A stretch of 32,638 bases of DNA, taken from contig JANPAP010000185.1 of NCBI GenBank assembly GCA_031429975.1, positions 1 through 32,638 on the forward strand, written 5' to 3'. The stretch is from Chitinophagaceae bacterium. GTDB taxonomy: Bacteria; Bacteroidota; Bacteroidia; Chitinophagales; Chitinophagaceae. This document shows positions 27,270 to 32,638 of the stretch, piece after piece. The notes beneath the pieces were generated by a model. That model worked only from the letters and a program-made list of their open reading frames with translations, had not been told where the DNA came from and ran no database searches. How positions within the stretch are numbered: position 1 is the stretch's first letter; every line of letters begins with the position of its first letter. The position numbers and the translations under genes are program-made.

Positions 27270-29519
27270 TTATTGATAGTTAAATACTATTTTCTTTTTT
27301 TCAATGATAATTTCAAAATCGCCGGACTCGGTTACGGTTTGTAATTTTGCATTTACAAATGCCAGATCATTTTTATCAATAACAAAATTTACTGTTTGTA
27401 TTTCACCCGCCTTTAAAAATATTTTTTGAAAAGCCCGGAGCCTTTTCATGTTAGGTGTAATGCTTGCAAACAGGTCGTGGGTATACAATTCAACCGAATG
27501 CTTGCCATCTACTTTACCGGTATTTTTTACGGTAATACTTACCGTTAGTTTTTCGTCGCCACTAATTTTTGAGCTACTCAATTTTATATCGCCGTATTCA
27601 AAACTGGTATAACTTAAACCAAAACCGAATGGATATAAAGGATTGTATCCGGTATGAATATCATCATTAAAAACTTCCCGGATATCTTCGGATGGCTTCC
27701 GGTCGTACAATACCATTTCACCCATACTGCGTGGATAACTGAATGGTAAAATGCCACTTGGATTGTAATCGCCAAACAATACATCGGCAATGGCTTCGGC
27801 AGTTTTTTTACCACTCCAGTAAGCCATTAAAATTCCTTTTGCAGCAGGTTCAATATTGGTAATAAATCTTGGACGGCCTTCGGTAAGCACTAAAATAACC
27901 GGCTTACCAGTTAATGCAGCTGCGTTTGCTAATGCTTGCTGATTGGCGTCCAGCGCCAGTTCTGGAATATTACCCGGACTTTCAGCATACGCATTTTCAC
28001 CAATACACAAAACAATTACAGCTGCAGTTGCAGCTGCTTTGGATAATGCCACTGCATCAAAATTCAATGGATTATCAAAACCCTTTCCGGTGGTTGTAAT
28101 AACATTTGACGCACCAATTTTTTCGGTGATACTTTGCAAAATTGTTTTACTGTCTGCAGGATACCATTGTTCTTCTTTACCCTGCCAGGTATAACTCCAG
28201 GCACCATTTAATGCGCTGATACTTTGTGCCGATGGGCCGGCAACCAATACTTTTTTATTTTTTGATAAAGGCAATAAATTATTTTCATTTTTTAATAAGG
28301 TCATGGCTTCGTGTGCTGCATCCAGCGCCAGAGTTTGATATTCGGCTTTTCCAAAATTTGCAAGTGCTGCATCTTCCGGATAGGGATTCTCCATCAAGCC
28401 GGTTTTTAATTTCAATAATAAAATTCTTTTTACAGCATCATCAATCCGGCTCATTTTTACTTCGCCATTTTTTACTGCTTCAATCAATAAATCGTAAAAC
28501 GAAAAATCGTTCGGCACCATACTCATATCAATTCCGGCATTTACTGCCATGGCAACCGCTGCTCTTGGAGTTGCAGCAACACTGTGCCAAGTATGTAATC
28601 TTTTAATGTCTTCCCAATCGGTAACAATCACTCCTTCAAAACCAAGTTCCTTACGCAATACATCGGTTAATAAATATTTATTGGAGTGTACCGGCTCGCC
28701 ATTTATTTCGCTGGAGTTAATCATGATGGTAGAAGATCCGGCCTTTACAGCTTCTCTAAACTGTGGCAAATAATATTCCCTTATTTCTATTTCTGATAAA
28801 TAAATGGGGGTACGATCCTTACCTGTTCGGGATGCAGAATAACCCAAATAATGTTTCATACAACTGGCAACAGCAGTACTATTTTTTAAGCCATCTTCTT
28901 CATAAGATTTTATAACAGCAGCACCCATTGTTTTACCAATGTAAACATCCTCTCCATAAGTTTCCGGAAACCTGGACCATAAAGGCTGGCGGCCAATATC
29001 CAGTACCGGCGCAAAGTTCCAGCGAACACCCGATGCTCTTAATTCTTTTGCAGCAACTTTTGTGATTGCTTTTGCAAGCTCCGTATTTCTTGTTGCGGCC
29101 ATTGCCAGATTGTGTGGAAACAGGGTTGCACCTAATGTATAGGTTTGCCCATGAATACCATCCAATCCATAAATAACCGGAATTTTTAAACGGGTATTTT
29201 TTGTTTCATCCTGAATTTGTGTTATCGTTTTTCTCCAGACATCCACACTGAGTGCATGTGCAGTTGTGTTCAACATGGAGCCCACTTTATAATCTACAAT
29301 TGCTTTTTTTAATAATGCCGGATCAATCGTTCCATCCAGATTTGCCCATCCGTCTTTTGCAAAAACGGCCATGGTTACCTGGGTCATCTGTCCCACTTTT
29401 TCTTCAAGGGTCATTTGTTTTAAAAGCGCTGTTGCTTTTTGAATATCGGAATTATTTTGTTGTGCAAATATTCCGGCAGAAAAAGAAAGGATTAAAAAAG
29501 TTGCAATTGTTTTCTTCAT
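27270..29519 (-). CDS. GH3 beta-glucosidase/xylosidase (BglX-like), secreted
   Basis: Signal peptide, MTLEEKVGQM, FAPVLDIGRQPLWSR, CMKHY, IVTDW nucleophile, PFGFGLSYT and a C-terminal Fn3-like domain. Confidence 0.93.
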   Translation of the reverse strand: MKKTIATFLILSFSAGIFAQQNNSDIQKATALLKQMTLEEKVGQMTQVTMAVFAKDGWANLDGTIDPALLKKAIVDYKVGSMLNTTAHALSVDVWRKTITQIQDETKNTRLKIPVIYGLDGIHGQTYTLGATLFPHNLAMAATRNTELAKAITKVAAKELRASGVRWNFAPVLDIGRQPLWSRFPETYGEDVYIGKTMGAAVIKSYEEDGLKNSTAVASCMKHYLGYSASRTGKDRTPIYLSEIEIREYYLPQFREAVKAGSSTIMINSSEINGEPVHSNKYLLTDVLRKELGFEGVIVTDWEDIKRLHTWHSVAATPRAAVAMAVNAGIDMSMVPNDFSFYDLLIEAVKNGEVKMSRIDDAVKRILLLKLKTGLMENPYPEDAALANFGKAEYQTLALDAAHEAMTLLKNENNLLPLSKNKKVLVAGPSAQSISALNGAWSYTWQGKEEQWYPADSKTILQSITEKIGASNVITTTGKGFDNPLNFDAVALSKAAATAAVIVLCIGENAYAESPGNIPELALDANQQALANAAALTGKPVILVLTEGRPRFITNIEPAAKGILMAYWSGKKTAEAIADVLFGDYNPSGILPFSYPRSMGEMVLYDRKPSEDIREVFNDDIHTGYNPLYPFGFGLSYTSFEYGDIKLSSSKISGDEKLTVSITVKNTGKVDGKHSVELYTHDLFASITPNMKRLRAFQKIFLKAGEIQTVNFVIDKNDLAFVNAKLQTVTESGDFEIIIEKKKIVFNYQ

Positions 29520-29652
29520 GATGATTTATTTTTTTACAATGTACAAATTGTTAGTTAAGAATAATATCACCTCCTCCAAAAGTACCCGGTAAAATTAAAA
29601 TGCAACTGAAGTCGTTATTTAATTAGAAAACATTCCATGGAATACATTATAC

Positions 29653-29684
29653 AAAAAAGAGGAATTCATTGCTGAATTCCTCTT
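29653..29684 (-). terminator. Rho-independent terminator immediately after tRNA-Lys
   Basis: Perfect 12-bp stem AAGAGGAATTCA-GCAA-TGAATTCCTCTT followed by a T run on the minus strand. Confidence 0.88.
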
Positions 29685-29685
29685 G

Positions 29686-29758
29686 TGAACTGGCTGGGAC
29701 TCGAACCCAGGACCCATACATTAAAAGTGTATTGCTCTACCAACTGAGCTACCAATTC
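29686..29758 (-). tRNA. tRNA-Lys (anticodon TTT)
   Basis: 73 nt: GAATTGG/CCAGTTC acceptor stem, D arm TAGCTCAGTTGGTAGAGC, anticodon arm ATACA-CTTTTAA-TGTAT and T loop GGTTCGAGTCC. CCA is not encoded. Confidence 0.96.
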
Positions 29759-29887
29759 ATCCTCATTTTTAATTTGGAGTGCGAAAATAAGGGAAAAACA
29801 TTTTCACGCCAAAGTTTTTAGAAAACTTTTTATTAATTAATCAAATTATAATTTAATTATTGTTCATGAACGGCGCCAGAACTCACT

Positions 29888-29895
29888 TATTTTTG
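29888..29895 (+). promoter_or_regulatory. Candidate Bacteroidota -7 promoter box for the SDR gene
   Basis: TATTTTTG matches TAnnTTTG, 20 bp upstream of the ATG at 29916. Confidence 0.5.
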
Positions 29896-29915
29896 CATAT
29901 ACCAAATAAAAATAA

Positions 29916-30725
29916 ATGAATAATTTTTTTAAAGATAAAGTTGTAGCAATTACAGGAGGTAGTGACGGCATTGGAAAAGCATTGATTGATGCCTTAATTC
30001 CTTTGGGAGCCAAAATTGCAACCTGCAGCCGTAACCAGGATAAATTGTACGATCTGCAATTGGAATATTCAAACCAACCTTTGCTTACTATTGTTGCCGA
30101 CATAAGCCGCTATCAGGATTGTGAAACTTTTATTAATGCAACTTTAAAAAATTTTGGCCATATCGATATCCTTATAAACAATGCAGGCGTTTCAATGAGA
30201 GCGCTTTTAAGAGACTTGGAAATTGATGTGATTAAAAAAGTGATGGACGTAAATTTTTATGGAACTGTATATTGTACCAAGCTGGCATTGGAATCTATTA
30301 TTGCATCAAAAGGCAGCATTGTAGGCGTTTCCAGTATTGCCGGTTATCGGGGGCTTCCCGGTAGAAGCGGTTATTCTGCATCAAAATTTGCGGTTAATGG
30401 TTGGTTAGAATCTATCAGAACAGAATTATTGGATACGGGTGTTAATGTAATGTGGGTTTGTCCGGGTTTTACTGCCAGCAATATTCGTAATGCTGCATTA
30501 AATAAAGATGGTAATACACATGGCGAAAGCCCGATGAATGAAAAACAATTAATGCGTACGGAGATTTGTGCAGCTCATATATTGAAGGCAATTGAAAAAA
30601 GAAAACGTACACTGGTATTAACTTTTAAAGGAAAGCAAACCATGTTTATGAATAAATTTTTTCCTGCTTGGGCCGACAGGCTGGTAAAGAATTTCTTTTT
30701 TAAAGAGGGTAAACTCATACGGTAG
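29916..30725 (+). CDS. Short-chain dehydrogenase/reductase (DHRS7-like)
   Basis: TGGSDGIG, INNAG, SSIAG and YSASK catalytic motif. Confidence 0.93.
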   Translation: MNNFFKDKVVAITGGSDGIGKALIDALIPLGAKIATCSRNQDKLYDLQLEYSNQPLLTIVADISRYQDCETFINATLKNFGHIDILINNAGVSMRALLRDLEIDVIKKVMDVNFYGTVYCTKLALESIIASKGSIVGVSSIAGYRGLPGRSGYSASKFAVNGWLESIRTELLDTGVNVMWVCPGFTASNIRNAALNKDGNTHGESPMNEKQLMRTEICAAHILKAIEKRKRTLVLTFKGKQTMFMNKFFPAWADRLVKNFFFKEGKLIR

Positions 30726-30876
30726 TGAATCAACTTTACTGGAAAGCTTAATTACAATTTGATAGTTTAAATTACTATTGTTATAGCACCATTATTAAAA
30801 TCTATTTGCTATTTTTATTATTAAGGGAACTTCCATCCTGATAATTACTTCTAATAAATTTCATTAAAATAAATTA

Positions 30877-31704
30877 ATGCCCTTAATAACGCTTACATCA
30901 GATATTGGTCAACAGGATTTTCTTATTGGAGGCATTAAGGGGCAATTATTAATCAGCAACCCTAATTTTTCTATTATCGATATTACGCATCAATTATCAC
31001 CCTTCAATTATCCGCAGGCAGCCTATGTTTGCAGAAATGCCATTAAAAATTTTCCAGTAGGTACAGCACATTTAGTAATGGTAAATTTGTTCGATCAAAA
31101 ACCAGAGCACTTGTTATTGGCAGAGCACAATGGCCATTTTATTGGTTGTGCCGATAATGGTTTAATCACAATGATTTTGGAAGAATTACCACAAAAAGTG
31201 GTAGCGCTGCAACTCGATAAATCAGCCCAAAAAAATGCAATTTATTGCGCTTCAATATTTGCAAAAGCAATCAATGAAATTAATGCTGGCAATGCAATTG
31301 AAGCAATTGGTGATACCAGCGTTTCGATACAGGTTAAAAATGCATTACGCCCTTTACTGGGTAATAATTGGATTGAAGGACAGATTATTTTCATAGATAA
31401 TTTTGAAAATGTAATTGTAAATATTACCAAAGAAGAATTTGAAGCCCAACGAAAAGGCCGGAGTTTTAAAATTGTTTTTAAAAGAGATGAAGTGATTGAA
31501 AGAATCAGCGATACCTATGCCGATGTTCCCGAAGGTGAAAAACTGGCTATGTTTAATGCGGCATCCTATCTTGAAATTGCCATCAATAAAGGCAATGCTG
31601 CCGGGCTTTTTGGCTTACAGGGCTTTTCCGAAAAGCAACAAAATCAAAGCCAATATCTTAATAACCGCCTTTTTTATCAAACTGTAAAAGTATATTTTGA
31701 GTAA
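30877..31704 (+). CDS. DUF62 SAM hydrolase/halogenase superfamily protein (divergent)
   Basis: ITLTSDIG, IIDITH, ADNGL, IDNFENVIVNI and YLEIAINKGNAA. Confidence 0.85.
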   Translation: MPLITLTSDIGQQDFLIGGIKGQLLISNPNFSIIDITHQLSPFNYPQAAYVCRNAIKNFPVGTAHLVMVNLFDQKPEHLLLAEHNGHFIGCADNGLITMILEELPQKVVALQLDKSAQKNAIYCASIFAKAINEINAGNAIEAIGDTSVSIQVKNALRPLLGNNWIEGQIIFIDNFENVIVNITKEEFEAQRKGRSFKIVFKRDEVIERISDTYADVPEGEKLAMFNAASYLEIAINKGNAAGLFGLQGFSEKQQNQSQYLNNRLFYQTVKVYFE

Positions 31705-31739
31705 GCTATTTTTGGTAGGTTTATAACAGCAATTGATAA

Positions 31740-32318
31740 TTGACATTTTTAAAAAACATATCAACCACAACATTATCGGATAATGAGCTGATTGCTGCTT
31801 ACAAAAAAAGCAACGACACAAAACATGTGAGTATGCTTTACCAGCGCTACATGGATTTGGTATTTGGTGTATGCCTCAAATATTTTAAAGACGCAGAAAA
31901 AAGTAAGGATGCCGTGATGGATATTTATGGAGAACTTTGTAAAAAATTAATAATTCATGAAGTAGATTTCTTGAAAGCCTGGTTACAGGTATTGGCCCGT
32001 AATCATTGCCTGATGCAATTAAGAAGTCCCAGAAATATTAAAACAACAGAATTTAGGGTCGACCTTATGCAATCTACTCAAAATACGCATCTGGAAAATG
32101 AAGCCTTTGAAAAGGAAGCAACCTTTCAACAATTAGAACATTGTATGGAACAATTGCCAACGGATCAAAAACAAAGTATTGAATTGTTTTTCTTACAAAA
32201 AAAATGTTACAATGAGATTGCAGTAATAACAGGTTTTGAATGGAATAAAGTAAGAAGCTTTATTCAAAATGGAAAACGAAACCTGAAATTATGCATGGAA
32301 GAAATCAGCATTAATTAA
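31740..32318 (+). CDS. ECF-type sigma-70 RNA polymerase sigma factor
   Basis: Region 2 (LYQRY...DAVMDIY..FLKAWL..ARNHC) and region 4 (LPTDQKQSIELFF...YNEIA...VRSFIQNGKRNLK). TTG start. Confidence 0.93.
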   Translation: MTFLKNISTTTLSDNELIAAYKKSNDTKHVSMLYQRYMDLVFGVCLKYFKDAEKSKDAVMDIYGELCKKLIIHEVDFLKAWLQVLARNHCLMQLRSPRNIKTTEFRVDLMQSTQNTHLENEAFEKEATFQQLEHCMEQLPTDQKQSIELFFLQKKCYNEIAVITGFEWNKVRSFIQNGKRNLKLCMEEISIN

Positions 32319-32365
32319 AAATTAAACAGCACAATTTTTAGCCGCAAAAAACAGTGGCAACAAAA

Positions 32366-32638
32366 ATGAGTGAATCAAAAAAACATATTATTTATTCGGC
32401 CGGAGATATCCAACGATATCTTACCGGCAAGATGTCGAATACAGAAATGCATGCTATTGAAAAAGCTGCATTGGATGATCCATTACTTGCTGAAGCAATG
32501 GAAGGATATGATGGTATGGAGCAAAAAGATTGGAACCATGAACTTGCTGCATTAAAAATTAAATTATCCGAAGTAGAAAATTCGCCCATTGTACCGGTTT
32601 ATAAAACCAGTTTTACCAGATGGTGGAAAGCAGCAGCA
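32366..32638 (+). CDS. Putative anti-sigma-like membrane protein, N-terminus only (truncated at window edge)
   Basis: Hand translation gives MSESKKHIIYSAGDIQRYLTGKMSNTEMHAIEKAALDDPLLAEAMEGY...WWKAAA. This IQRYL.G.M..EMH..EKAALDDP.LA.A.EG pattern followed by a transmembrane start is typical downstream of Bacteroidota ECF sigmas. Confidence 0.75.
   Translation, partial: MSESKKHIIYSAGDIQRYLTGKMSNTEMHAIEKAALDDPLLAEAMEGYDGMEQKDWNHELAALKIKLSEVENSPIVPVYKTSFTRWWKAAA

Noticed and set aside
29520-29758. tRNA-Lys as integration site of a genomic island
   Set aside because: No integrase and no duplicated tRNA 3' end seen in the window, and the tRNA is followed directly by its terminator.
32370-32589. 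Short ORFs 32370-32555 (+) and 32392-32589 (-)
   Set aside because: Both overlap the better-supported frame starting at ATG 32366 that runs off the window.

Overview
AT-rich Bacteroidota window (inferred Chitinophagaceae-like from the housekeeping proteins, lack of Shine-Dalgarno sites and TAnnTTTG -7 boxes). The left half (1-16956, all minus strand) is a co-directional 13-gene extracellular contractile injection system (eCIS; Afp/PVC/MAC/AlgoCIS-like phage-tail particle). In order it encodes cap (Afp16/DUF4255), putative cap adaptor, one large sheath, two gp19 tubes, a 58-aa Afp6-like gene missed by the ORF track, LysM tube initiator, VgrG spike, PAAR, gp25 wedge, two enlarged baseplate proteins and an Afp13-like gene that runs off the left edge. 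ATPase, tape measure and cargo genes are not in the window. Notable add-ons are a CBM5/12-like module in the putative cap adaptor and tandem DUF1508/YegP-like repeats in the Afp12-like baseplate. The right half is mostly core genome: rsmI, purS, pssA-like, Xaa-Pro aminopeptidase, pckA, scoAB, a GT4 glycosyltransferase broken by one in-frame TAA, an AKR/CE2-like esterase/GH3 cluster, tRNA-Lys(TTT), SDR, a divergent DUF62 protein, an ECF sigma and a partial anti-sigma-like gene. All family calls are from motif recognition, not database searches.
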